64,000 bases of DNA from Tubulanus polymorphus (Eukaryota > Animalia > Nemertea), in contig NC_134031.1 in NCBI RefSeq assembly GCF_964204645.1, positions 18,545,910-18,609,909 of the forward strand, written 5' to 3'. A program made the position numbers and the translations under genes. Position 1 is the first letter of the stretch. Every line of letters starts with the position of its first letter. Below are positions 39,001 to 52,389 of this stretch, piece after piece. The notes beneath the pieces were generated by a model. It saw only the letters and a list, made by a program, of their open reading frames with translations. It was not told where the DNA came from and made no database searches.

Positions 39001-42000
39001 GATCCTTCTTCTTATTTCGTGCAACTCGTCCCGGGATTTTTAGGAGACTACGATTTTGCTTTTCAATTGATGTATTTCTAATAATAATCGCACAAGCTGG
39101 TTAGACCCTGGATCGAATGATTCGCAGATGGTATATTATTCTATTATCGAAGTAAAAGTCATTGTGTGTCTATATCATTTCAGGTTGTCTACGTCACGGC
39201 TACTACGCCCTATTTGTTTTTAGTCATCCTGCTGATTCGAGGCGTCACTTTACCAGGTTCAACTGAAGGCATTCTCTATTACATCAAACCAGACTGGAGA
39301 AAACTTCTTACTTTCGATGTAAGACTAATGATATGACGATTCATAGGCAATTTCGATACTGAACATAATCCCCCAAACCAGAGGGAAATAGTTCATTAGT
39401 TAAAAATGTCGGGGAATTCAGAGACTTTACTTTAATTTGGTAAATGTTAGGTTTAACGTTTAATGCGGAGGTTTCCGGTTCAAGCCTAAGACTGCATTAG
39501 GAAAGGAGATCTTTTAGGATGAATTACGTCTGATTTGCATCTCGTGAGAATCCCGACTGAGACGTGACTAAACTATTGAATTATCTCTTTGCAATACAAT
39601 AAATTCTATTCATGAGAAGATCGACGCAAAATGTCGCCAAAAGGAATTCGAACAAAAACGGCTTTTTACATCTCCTACAATTTCGCTCATCGTGACACAG
39701 TTTTAGATTGACATTATTTTGACCTATTATTGGCAGCCCCATCTCCAACCGCGCGGAGAATAAATAGACCACAGATCCAATTCATTATATCACACACCTG
39801 CTACGTAATATGTGGTCCAATTTCTAAGCATAGTTAATTGTATATACATAATTTATTTGCAGATCTGGGCCGAGGCTTGTCTTCAGATATTCTATTCACT
39901 TGGACCGGCGTGGGGAGGCATTCTCACGATGGCTAGCTACAATAAATTCAGTCATAACATTTATAGGTACGTAATGTCTATTCCCACGCACACTTGCGAC
40001 TTGTAGAATATCGCCATGTTGTCGTAAAAAAAAATGTCGCTAGGCGTAGGCTGATTATTCATATAGATGATACACCAGCCTATGACAGATGGTTTTACGG
40101 TCTATTATGCCGTTTTAAATTATGTTGATTATCGCACATATCGTCGCGGCCATAATCTACATCTGAGTCACTATAAGCCTGACGACAGCGGTGGCGTTTG
40201 TCATTACTGACAAAGCTGTGACATTATTCAATGAAACACGTCGACAGATATTTATGTCATGCGTCTACTTATTTTTTTTTTCCAGGGATTCTGTACTGAT
40301 ACCGGTCATTACTTGCGGAACGAGCTTTTTCGCCGGTTTTGTCATTTTCAGCGTAATCGGTTTCATGGCTCATGAGGCGAATGTTTCTATTGAGGAGGCC
40401 GTCACATCAGGTATATACCGGGTGAACCCGCATCTCACCACCCTGTGCCCTCATGCATTAATCAACCCACAAGTTCCCGCATATGAACACATTGTGCACC
40501 AATCTATATTCCAATAAAACGTCTATATAATATAGTAATAATAATAGTACAATGACGATTCAACTGAAGTCACATGAGTTTCAATGTTTCCGTCTTTAAT
40601 ATTGACAAACCTTTTAGAATCATGTATTAATGGAAATTTAGAATTAAAAAGAATGAACGAAATTATGGCCACAAATTGAAATCTGAAATTATATTCATTT
40701 GAATTTCAAAATTCATTGTGATTAAAATAGTTTTACTTTTTCCTTTAATACAATATAGGACCTGGTTTGGCGTTCATAGCCTACCCGATGGCGCTAGCAA
40801 AGATCCCTGGAGCTCCGGTCTGGTCCGTGCTATTCTTCTTAATGTTACTCACAATCGGGCTAGACAGCCAGGTAAGAAACAGGTTGGATAAAAAGGCGAA
40901 CGAAAAAAAGAATCCGCGAAATTTCAAAAACCCCGAATTTACATTATTCATACAGCTCTGAATGGGAACTGCGTGCAATCGTGATGGACGCAATCATATC
41001 TAGTTCCCTTCAAAAAGCTTTTTCAAAAGCCTTTTCTATTCAAAATCGTGTTTAGTTGTATTACGCAAATTTATTGTTAGATAAACATTGAAAACATTCT
41101 ATTTGATAAAAGTGCTTTTTGGGCATTTTTTTCCTAATCATATTTAATTTGTCTATGAAATACAACGAACACGTTTTCATCGCGATCTAGTTTCTCTGTT
41201 TAGTTAATTATCGTTGCATATTCAGCGGCGCAGTATATCAATCAATTTATCATTCCCTGCATAGTTCACAGTAATGCAGATATCAATCTACTCTCCTCAA
41301 CCTACACAGTGTCGCCCACCCTCAGCCTGGACCCCGCCCTGACATTCGATGGTTTATCGTCATTCTTCCGATTTCTGATGGTCCGCACTTCGCCTTGTCT
41401 TCAGAACTTCCCCTAGATATTTTCATTTCAAAATGTACTTTTAAAAAAGACTACAAACGCCAGGCATTATCAATATCACACAAGTGATCGTATAAGTCCA
41501 CACTTCACATGTGTTCAGGACTTTACCTGAGACGTTTTAAATTAGAAATGAACTACTAACACCAGATATTAGACATTTTATCACCACACAAAAACTGATC
41601 GTCCAAACTTCACATGTGTTCAGGACTTTACCTGAGACGTTTTAAATTGAAAATGAACTACTAACATTAGATATCAGCACATCTTCAAAAACTGATCGTC
41701 CACACATCACATTACAATAGTGAATATCTGTATAATGATGTGATTCATGGCTGCCGATTGATGCGCGCGCGTTATTGAAACTATTGTTGAATTGTATTTA
41801 CAGTTTGTAACGTTTGAAACGGTGCTGAGCGGGTTCACGGACCGATTCCCCAAACTACGAAAAAAGCAGATGCTGTTTACTATCGGGGCTGCAGTCATCA
41901 ACTATCTACTGGGTTTACTATTCTGTACTCGGGTAAGATACATTATCAATACATAGAATATATGAATGACAGTAATCGATCTGCATTTTTGTCATATTCC

Positions 42001-44127
42001 CAGACAATGTTTTGGCTAATTTGTTGTATTTTTTCTAGGGTGGAATGTACTGGTTTCAGTTGGTAGATTGGTATATCGCTGTGTTCACGTTAATTACAGT
42101 TGGCATATTAGAATGTCTAGTTGTATCTTATCTCTACGGTAAGAATCGATTCTTAAAGAAACGACCTGTAGGGCGGGGGGGAGATTTCTGCAAGAGTTAC
42201 GGTGCGATCAAATCTTTCTGGTATATGAGCTACTTTTCAAAGCTGTGAGTTAAGAAATGAGAGAGCTGTGAGTAAATAATTATATACACGTGGAACTGTG
42301 TCAAGCTAATCTTGTACTGCCACATTTATTTGGTTCGGTCCTTGGCGAACTTCAGAGTCACAGCCATCTATTGAGACTACTGACTTTTTCCAGAGTTGCA
42401 CTCGGTAGTTGTTCCAGGGTTAAAAACTACTCGGCTATATTGAATTTCATTGTTTTTTGAACAGGATTGGATCGACTATACGATGATATAGCTCAGATGA
42501 TTGGTTATCGTCCTTCAGTTATCTGGAAAGCTTGTTGGGGTTTCTTCACTCCGCTTATTCTATTGGTAAGTATACATGTCGAAATTGATAACAGCCTCGC
42601 GAAGTTCAAGTTGAAGGTTGTGCCAACTTTTTAAGATCTGGTGAAATACAGGACCCAAGTTGAACAGTTGCTTTTGACTTCATCCTGTAATTGTTTTGAA
42701 TCTGGTCATGAATGCGCAACGAGTTCTAGGGGCTAGTTACTGGCGTGGATCCTGATGGGATCCTGGCGTCAGAGTTAGCGTTATCCGGGCTGGCGTTCTG
42801 AAATCGCTCGTCCACATAACGAACGTACACCACGTCGAACGGAAGTTGACTGAGACGCACGCGCATTCAGAACTATGCAGATGAACCGCGGTGCAAACTT
42901 CATTTGACATTTTCACCTCCGGTCGTTGTCTAAACCTGTTAAAACTGAATACAAATTTTCCATGAATACAATACATTCAATATTTAATACAGTTGTGTCT
43001 GTATATGTTCACGTGTTTGCTACGTGAATTATTATAAATAATTTATTTAAACCAATGTAAGCTTGAATACGGCAATCTATCGAATTGTCCCGACAACAAA
43101 TTAGCGAAATGCGAAGTCTTTGTGAACATAGCGTGACCCCTGGGTGAATGATAGTGCCCCACAGAGTAAACTGTCCGGTAACAAGTAATCAATGCCTATT
43201 CAATCGCATACATTGTCTCGTCGTGAAAGGGTTGGTAGTTCACAGAACTAGACTAACTTCACAAATGCTATCATATTTCCAGGTGTTCTTGACATATGTG
43301 CTTGTCGTACAAGTGGCGCCATCGTACGGCGATTATCACTATCCGACATGGGCGATCGGTTTCGGGTGGTGCATAGCCCTAGTATCAGCGGTGCCAATAC
43401 CAGTGTTTATGGTGATAGAATTGTACAAACGTACCGGTTCGTTAAAAGAGGTAAGAAAAACATATATCGCTGTTACTCTCGCGTGTAAAGCGAGAATTCC
43501 ACTTGTGGCAAGTGAGGATCCACCCGGTGCATGTAAGCGTTTGAGCGTTTAGAGGCCTTTTTATGAACACTCGATTAGTATATTCGAGTATGCAAAACGT
43601 TTTTATGAGCATGGATTATGTCATAATCCGTCATTTTTATGAACATTGGTTATCATAATCGATTAGCGTACTCAGCATACTCGCTCGCCGAGCAAGTATG
43701 CCGATTATCGAATCCAACCGATATGGTGTTCTCGGTAGAAGTCGCTACTGAGTAGGCCATAATTGAATAATTTCTACCTGGCGTTTTTATCAACCAACAT
43801 ACCCGGTTATGCTAATTGACACTAATCGGCTATATAATCTAAATAGCTAATCTATTTCGATTTTGCTGGTTCATAAAAAGGCCTTAGGTCGTGCGTTGCG
43901 GGTCGCCGGTATTTCATAGTTTGAATAAACGATGACTTTCTTTCGTTTTCAATAAGCGAAAATTTTCGACGATTGTTCATTTTCAGAGACTGCAAAAAGC
44001 GTGCCGTCCAGCTGAATCGTGGGGGCCAAATATCGATTTACCTCAACAGAAACAACTGTTAGAAATGGCTGACATCATCCGTAAAGATGAGGAAATCGAC
44101 TGCGTGGTAAAAGTGCTGAAAAAATAA
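36030..44127 (+). CDS. SLC6 Na+/Cl- dependent amino-acid transporter (GlyT-like), paralog 3, 634 aa, 13 exons
   Basis: Exons 36030-36222, 36347-36478, 38133-38463, 38711-38843, 39184-39318, 39863-39966, 40286-40410, 40759-40871, 41804-41932, 42039-42138, 42465-42565, 43283-43450, 43987-44127; canonical VYYN in TM3, [18 protein letters not shown]. Confidence 0.95.
41495..41705. repeat. Tandem duplication (~105 bp x2) in SLC6-3 intron 8
   Basis: cttcacatgtgttcaggactttacctgagacgttttaaatt at about 41503 and 41608, each followed by aaaactgatcgtcca. Confidence 0.85.
43553..43884. mobile_element. PIF/Harbinger-like MITE
   Basis: 16-bp perfect TIR aggcctttttatgaac / gttcataaaaaggcct with 3-bp TAG on both sides. 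Confidence 0.75.
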
Positions 44128-45255
44128 TATTGTTCTTCTAGTTGTTTGTTATTTATAAAGTCTGGTTATTTTTCATGAAAAGAATTATATATTCTATTAA
44201 AAATGGAATTCTTATATCATATTGATATGGTATTTTGATAGCGATATACTTTTTAATGACGGTCAATCACTAGTTGAAAATCTAATTAATTCAATTAATC
44301 GTTTATTATTTACTGATTCAATTTGAATTAGAAGTCAATTAGTTGCTAATTGCTCGAATTAATTGTTATCGTTATTACAAATCATACTGCTCGAATATTA
44401 TATATTTACTAAATCTGACACGTGAATTAATTAAATAAATTATTTAGTAAAAATTTCGGCACCAGGTGCTTCGATGTAAACTGCTTGTGGAAAAATTTGA
44501 TGCGAATTTTGCCATTAAAAAGTAAATCTTCTTTCATTCCAAGAACAAACCGGTTGCAAAAGGGGCGTTTTTTCTATTGAATAATGCTTTGCGATTGGTT
44601 GTTCTGAAAATGATCGATTTTTAAAATTATTGTATTATATTTGTAAAAAAAAGTTTTGTTACGTTTTTTTTTCTATATAATCAACTATACCACGTGATAA
44701 TTAATCTTCTTTTGCGTGTTAAATGCGCCTTTTCGCGTTTCGAAGCAAATACCAGGGATCTTAATTCAAAGAAATACGAGACACTTTTCTTTCTATGCAT
44801 TTTATAACTCGCAAAAATCCGACTGACTTCTTACTCTTGACATTGGCTTTGTTGACCGTGCTGAATTCCACACTAACAAGTCGATTTTCTTAAAGAATCG
44901 CTGTTGAATTCTAACTCACAACTGTGGAACTGGGTCTCGAACCTAAATCTACAAGTGATCAAATCAGGGGACGTTCCATAAAACTACTCCACGTTTCGTT
45001 TTCAGTATTTTTTCGTGACCTGTTCTATGAAACAGGCCACTGATTAAAAGTTATATCAGAAATGTTTACTAATCCTGCATGGTAACAGGACTGTTAAGGG
45101 CCTATGATGTAACTGTATATTTATTGTATCGTATAACTTTAACATCTCCATAGGTCTCTCTAGATCTCCTTAGATAAAATCTAGAAACGCTAATATCATC
45201 AGAGCGGTGAAGAAAACAACTGAAGAAAATATCTATACGCTTTCTGGGTGTGAAT

Positions 45256-45322
45256 CCTAGTATCCTAGGTATTATATATTTAAAAAAAACGTTTTTTTAT
45301 ATATAGTACCTAGGATACTGGG
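45256..45322. repeat. Imperfect palindrome (~65 bp)
   Basis: agtatcctaggtattatata..aaaaaaac|gttttttt..tatatagtacctaggatact. Confidence 0.7.
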
Positions 45323-47122
45323 GTCAAAAATATTTTTTGTCAGGTCCCTGTGGTGTGAATTGGGGGCTTTTAAGTGGAATCATAATGGCCTTATGCTTTG
45401 AATTAAAACTGAAATCGTTTTCACCCATTAGAATGTTGATATAAACACAGTCCTCCATCTTTCCTACTTAGTTTTTTATAGAGACGCTTGGGTTTGATGA
45501 ATAGAATATTAATACTAGGCTTCTGAAGTGTGGTGCGCCTCCTTGCTTCAACTTTTACTTGTATTATTTTTCAAACGTGGAATTTAAAACTGTGTTGTTA
45601 TGACAAGTATTTGTTACCAGAGAGAAATAATGTTAATTTTCCTATGCATGAAAACAACTTGTAAACTGATGAAAAAGACTTTTTTGACACATGAAATAAA
45701 AGATTTCGAAAATTCTATCAAGATTTTCTGGTTTTTGATCGACAAGGACGAGGATGAGGACAATGGAACCCATTTCATTTCGAGTCGGCTTCAACAACCA
45801 ACATGTAAAATTCGGACACCAACCACTGGAGCCGCGTTCATACGGAGACGATTTGGCCCTGGCCTTAATGGGAACGGTTCTGGCCTGAGCCAAATTGGCC
45901 CAGATTAACTGTTCACACGGGTGCCAAAATGGGCAAAACAGAATTTTTTTCAGTATGGCCCGAATCAGCCACCCAATGGAATCGTCAATGAACTGTTGAA
46001 AGCTAGTAGAGTTGCATAGTTGAAATATTACAAATCTATACCCTCCTGATCTTTCATGCAAATTACCTGCCACGTGACAAAACGCTAAGCTACCTGGGCG
46101 CCACTATCCGGTGCAAACCGAATTTTATTCAACGACTGTTTTATTCACAGATCTTCAATGAAACCGTCGTTTCTATCATAAGTTCAATAACGTTAGACAA
46201 AATAGTAATTGCGTTGCCTAATTAACTAATTTCCGAGTAATTGTTTTGAATGGTTTTTCATAGATTTTATGAATTCCAAATATTTTCCCCAAACCCGCGC
46301 CCGAGTGGTTTATACGAACACAAGAACTTTATTGGTTTGATTTAATATTAAAGCTCGGAACAATGACAGAACACTAAGAATTACGATACAGTGATGGCAA
46401 CCAGTACAAAAATAAAGTGTACCAAAATTAAAAATTGAATTAAATTTCTAAGGTAGAGGGGCACAACCCCATGAGCTCCCTCGGACACCGCGGCTTGGTA
46501 CCGCTAGCACTTCGCCGCTTTGCGGCTCCTTGGTCGAAATTCCGCAGTATGACTTTCTTTAATAGTATAAAGGTGCCCTTACAAAAATAGAATAACCCCA
46601 CTCTCATAATTATATGTGATTCTTTTTATTTGATAAGTATCAACAATAGCATAAGCTGGTTAAACAGGCGTTTAGAGACGAAATAATTTAGGTTGTGTTC
46701 TATTATATATGGTGTTATTTTGCTGGTGCCGTCAAAGAACAGTTAGTTATATGCGTAGACATCTAAACAACCGCGTACTATACGCATAATACTAACTCTG
46801 TTCTATTCACGTGATGCTTAAAAAACTGAACCTTGATTTGGTGTTGGGAAATTACTGCTGATAGGAATAGATATCTTCAAAGAAGCGTTTAAGAAAGTTC
46901 GTCGTTGACTGGTAGATCTTATTTCGGAGTATAGGCAGACTCCAGAGTGTTGAAAAGCACAAGTTATCATAACATTTTTGTAACTGGAAAATTCGTTCGT
47001 GTGGCAGTCAAGAAACGACTAAGTAATGATATAAATCAACGAGTGAGAACGATGATAAAACATATAACATATATATTAATTTCAATACGAAAAACTGGAA
47101 TATTAGTAAAACGTGTTAATGG

Positions 47123-48436
47123 ATGGTAACTGATCTAAATTCCAGAATGGCGATGGTGTTAGAAGGTATGTCTCAAAAGGAGATACTGTTAATGTTACGG
47201 AATATAAGCGGTGGTCGCGACATTTTAACCGGTTCATTCGCCGATAATCAGTCAAATTCGGATAATATGACATCTCTGTTTACCGGCGTATCGGGAATCA
47301 TTCTGCTGATATTCACCCCGATCGGGATAGTTCTGAACATACTCAGCGCCGTACTGCTCGCCTATGAAATCCGGCACGCCCGCATGCGAGCTAGCACGTC
47401 CCAAACGACACTATTACTAAGCCTGTCCGTTGCGGATGGGGCGTTCCTGACATTTTTGCTTCTGACGACGATTTGTTTCCTATGCGAACAGGCGACATTC
47501 GGATTGGTAGTTCTGTTCCTGATGTACTTGTTCTATTCCATCTCAAGGTGGATAGTGGTCAGTGTTAACATGGACAGATATCTCGGCATCAGACACACGA
47601 TATGGGCGAGAATGTATTGCACAAAATCAAAAGCTAAATTTCAGATATTTCTGATGGTGGGTCTCGGCGTCTTTGAGTCAATTGTGGCGTTTATTTTGAT
47701 GAAGCTGGTAATGATTTATGGCGTGTTCATCTTACAGATCGTCCGCGGTCTGATCACCTGCACGGCTGTGGTCGTTTTAAACGTCAGTCTGGTTGTGTTT
47801 GCGTTGACATCGGCATCACCCCCCACGACGCCGACGACACCCACCGCGCCACTTCAGATGGCTACCGGGACGACACCGCCCAAGACAGGGCAAAAGAAGA
47901 CCGCCGCTAGTCGTAGGGAAAGCGAACGCTCGGCTAGTGGAGTCCAGGGTATTACGTCAAGAACGACTAAACGCCTCCTGGCGGTGTCGATATTGTTCAT
48001 ACTTTGTGAATCGCCCTGTTTAATTATAAGCTGCTACTATTTGTCTCATTGTTACGATGGGTCAGACCCCCACAAAGCGCTTCTTTCATCCCCGGCAAAC
48101 TTAACTGATATTGGGCTGAATGCAACCAGTAGTAACCTCGCAAACCTTACAACAAAACCGTGGACAACAGACTTAATAAATGATACCTGGCTCACTTCAA
48201 CCTTCGCAAACTCCACAACTAAAGCTCCCGAAGATGCAACTGTTTGCGATGTATTTTTCGGAATCGTTTGTGCTCTGTTCGCGTTGGCTGTGACGGATTC
48301 GTCGTTGAACTTCTTCATGTACTGTCTCGCCGGGGAATCCTTCAGGAAGAATTTCGTTAAAGTTTTCATCCGACCGCTGAGGTGCTGTCGTAAACAGACC
48401 GTGTCTTATAATCACCATCCTCCCAATTCGATCTAA
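47123..48436 (+). CDS. Intronless rhodopsin-class orphan GPCR, copy B1 (437 aa)
   Basis: TM1 GIVLN, TM2 LSVAD, DRY, TM6 CESP, TM7 DSSLNFFMY, helix 8 FRKNF, C-terminal CC; N-terminal sequons NIS and NMT. Confidence 0.93.
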   Translation: MVTDLNSRMAMVLEGMSQKEILLMLRNISGGRDILTGSFADNQSNSDNMTSLFTGVSGIILLIFTPIGIVLNILSAVLLAYEIRHARMRASTSQTTLLLSLSVADGAFLTFLLLTTICFLCEQATFGLVVLFLMYLFYSISRWIVVSVNMDRYLGIRHTIWARMYCTKSKAKFQIFLMVGLGVFESIVAFILMKLVMIYGVFILQIVRGLITCTAVVVLNVSLVVFALTSASPPTTPTTPTAPLQMATGTTPPKTGQKKTAASRRESERSASGVQGITSRTTKRLLAVSILFILCESPCLIISCYYLSHCYDGSDPHKALLSSPANLTDIGLNATSSNLANLTTKPWTTDLINDTWLTSTFANSTTKAPEDATVCDVFFGIVCALFALAVTDSSLNFFMYCLAGESFRKNFVKVFIRPLRCCRKQTVSYNHHPPNSI

Positions 48437-51379
48437 CCGACAGATTTTTTAATACAGAGATTGAATTTGCTTATAAACATCGAATCCGTACCGACTGTGT
48501 CTGGTTCGTCTCAGTTCATGTGAAAGATGGATCCAGGGTACGCTCCTGTCAGAAACTCAAACATTAGGTATATGCACTGCGGCCGAATCGAAGAGGCAAA
48601 TTGATAAAGTCTATTTTTGGCCGCAGTGTTTGACCATGTAAATACGAAAAAAGAACCAGCGGATCCATGAATTACATATATCAGTCTTAGGTACATCAAT
48701 GATCTAAGTCCCAACGAGGCCTGGCTTAGAAACATCAATGGTATACGCATGCTTACAACATTATGTTCGGAGAAGGTTTTTATCATCGAGTATACATAGG
48801 TACCTGTAGGAGATGGATAGTGGCGAAGGTACCTGTGAGATGGAGTAAATGAAGAGAGGGCCTAGAATAGATCAAATTCTTCATAACTCACATTACAAAT
48901 AACGGATTACGGAGAGTATACCTTGATGACTGTTTCTAGCGAGAGAAACTTTCTTCACGAAGCCATCAATAGAATCTTGTTAGATTTGATAGCTTCAGCA
49001 TGGATACGCCAGTTTTTTCGAGTCTGATGTTAAAAAAGAACTTGTAGCGCAGCATTGCGTTGTGTCTACAGTGGGTTTTTCAACGCTTCGATTTATGAAA
49101 ATTAAGGGCAAACAACATTCCCAACCGTGCGGTACTACATAGAACCGAAAAACACTCGAATGAAATTACTTTCTAAATAGGTTTCCCACTTGTGTACGGG
49201 ACCTTTTTCACAGAAAAATGTACATCAACACCACAAATAAAGTCTCAAATCACGAGCAAAGTCCTGGAGTATGGTTCACTTTTTGAATGCTTAAAACGGC
49301 CCTCGGGTCAAACTCCAACTGAGAACCGGGCTGAGAACCTTTCGAATTGTGTCTCAGTTTTTTTGTTGTGTTAATGTAGGAGTGTTGTATATATACATAT
49401 TTCCCCGCACATATTGAAAGACGGGACAATTTGTGAGATTGACTGCGATGATAATCACGGTGACTAAAACACAGTGAACCCATAGCCTACTGTAGGCCTG
49501 CTGGGTGATTACACTTTAGACGGTGGTGTATAGATGAAAAATCAAGGACCGTGTTTTTTGACGCCTTATAAAACGTTACCATTATGAAACCTAAACAATG
49601 TTAACCATTCAGCGTCATTTTACAAACGACAACCGTAAATCGATGTGCAAAACGTCACAGGTTTATGTGTACACATACAAGCTATTTGGCAAAATATTAT
49701 TGATAAAGATGTAGAATGGCTCCCTGTGATTATATAATGACCTATATTTGAACGTCGAAATGTTATATTGCATTGAATATCATGATAAGACGTATTGTAA
49801 TAGTAAATGATGTATGATTATATCAGGAGCGGCAGGCATAAATAGAAATGATAAATAAATCGGGTTATTCTGTTAAATGGCGGATGTATACACGATTTGG
49901 AAGTCTGATATAAAAGTCAGACCCTGACATGGGGATGCTAGTGGAATGACGAAGCTATCTACGATCTGAGTAGGGCCGGCGTGAATTTCATCGGCGGCTA
50001 CAAGCGGTCTATATAAAAACGTGTAAACAAATAATTTCAATATTCAAATGTTTTAGAAAATATGTTCGATATTAGGGGTATGCAGGTTTCATGAGACTAG
50101 CAATTTATAATAGCATAGCTGTCATATACGGCTCCGCATCCACTGATGGCATATGTATAAGGTGACAATTCAATTCAATACTTTATTGATCCTTATTGCA
50201 TTGAAATTCCCAAATTCAATAAAGTTACAAATTTTAGAATAAGAAGATACAAAATACAAGACACATGGGTAATTCATACAGAATAACATGAGTAAGTTAT
50301 TTAAATGACGATGTCTACTTAAACCCAGACTCAAGTCTAAGATACCGAGTGACAGCCAAACCGGGCCCCGGGACCTGGCCGCTGGCTACACGATATGCTC
50401 GAAGTCATGATGAAGCAGACATCAGAAGAGCTCTTTCTTCGTCATTATATATCATCATTATCAATTACAAATATTATTACTTAATTGATTACTATCACTA
50501 CATATATATTGCTATAGTCCCCTATTCTTGAATCGCACCCTTTCTTCAACCATGGAGGCAATGAAGTTGCAGACCAGCCTAGAGCGAAAGTGAATCGAAG
50601 TCGGTGACAAGTTGACAATTTTTTTTTAATTAGACCAGTCGAAGACTGTATCATCTACCCAATCGCCAAATCTCGTAATTCCCCAAATTTCTTAAAACTT
50701 CGATTTCAAATTTGCAATTCCACATTAGCTTATCCCAGAAATTCTACATTTTTTCGCAGGCGTCAAATAATTTATTTAAGTTAATTTTCTTGTTATTATA
50801 TGTTTATGCCACCATTACTCGAAAAACCCAAATAAATGCATAGATCGTCTGACATCATACTACAATTACATCAAATCAAATTATCACTGATTTCCCTATC
50901 AGTGTCATGTTCTAGATCGACGTATCTATACGTATCGGTCGCATGCTCTGTGTTTCGTCGACTTTCAGAAAAAAAAACACTTTTTAAGTTCAGGAATTCA
51001 TTCAATTCAGTATTCAAAAGTGTCTTACTTATTTTTATACGCACCGGATGTACTGTACTTGTCTTCCGGACGTATAACGCTCCTTAGTTTGCATGACCGG
51101 GGTCAAGGTTGATTACGAATTTCCGAATTGGTGGCATTATACTACTTGTGGTTTCATAGTTTTTCAAAAACCTCACCCGGTTTATCACCCGCAGTATGAT
51201 AAGATTGACGACGCATATATTTCTAGAATTACGATGGATGATTTCTCGAGATAGTATGTCGGAATTAATTCGTTTCGTTAATGAGTTTTTTTTTAAAATT
51301 CTAATGAATATTTGCTACCGAGGTATAATCTCAAAACAGGTTTTATTTGATGGAAATCAGGACCGCATGACATTTCCAT

Positions 51380-51900
51380 TAAACACGAATTGGAATCAAT
51401 TCTGACATAATATCATATCAAAAGAAATATGATTTTGATCAAATTGATGAGAAGTTTGGCCGTCTTATTCCAGAGATATTATGCCAGAATTAATTCCAAA
51501 AAAAATATTTGTTTTTATCTCACGTCCCCAGGATATTGTGATCTACTGATTTTTAAGCACCTAAGTCTGCTGTGTGTACCCCACCCCCTCAGACGATCCC
51601 CTTTTGAATGTCGCGAAGTCTGGACTAAAACTGGTCTAAAATTGAAGGTTCAGATATTTTTCAAAGAAACAGGGGGCGGCAACGCCTGGACGAATACGTT
51701 TTGGGAAAATGTTGAATGCCTAGACGGACATATGTGTTGATAGCTGCATTAATGAATTAAAACTGGGTTCGAAATACCGAATATGAACCTCGGACGCGGG
51801 ATTCCCCGTTTATCATCATTTTTACGATGTACTTCATCAGTTTGTAATAATGTAGAACACGCGTCCTTATCTAGTGAAGAAACTACAAAAGCACATGTCT
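51380..51900. repeat. ~500-bp duplicated non-coding block (copy 1; copy 2 at about 54080-54660)
   Basis: acgaattggaatcaattctga ... ctgcattaatgaattaaaactgggttcgaaataccgaatatgaacctcggacgcggg ... cgtccttatctag is shared; the last ~130 bp are identical. Confidence 0.85.
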
Positions 51901-52389
51901 CCGTCGAAAAACAGTCATACTGTTCGCAATACTAACTCAATTTACGTGATACTTAAAAAACTGAACCTTCATTTGTCTTGGGAAATTACTACTGATATGA
52001 ATGTTATCTTCAAGGAAGCGTTTAAGAAAGTTCGTCGTTGACTGGTAGATCTTATTTCGGAGTATAGGCAGACGCCTTGTTGAAAAGCACAAGTTATCAG
52101 ATCATTTTTGTAACTGGATTATTCGTTCGTGTGGCAGTCAAGAAACGACTAAGTAATGATATAAAACAATGAGTGAGAACGATAATAAAACATATAACAT
52201 ATATATTAATTTCAATACGAAAAACTAGAATATTAGTAAAACGTGTTAATGAATGGTAACTGATCTAAATTCGAGAATGGCGATGGTGTCTGAAGGTAAG
52301 ATGTCTCCAGAGGAGATACTCGGAATACAAACGGTGGTAGCGACATTTTAACCGGTTTATTCGCCGATCATCAGTCAAATTCGGATGAT

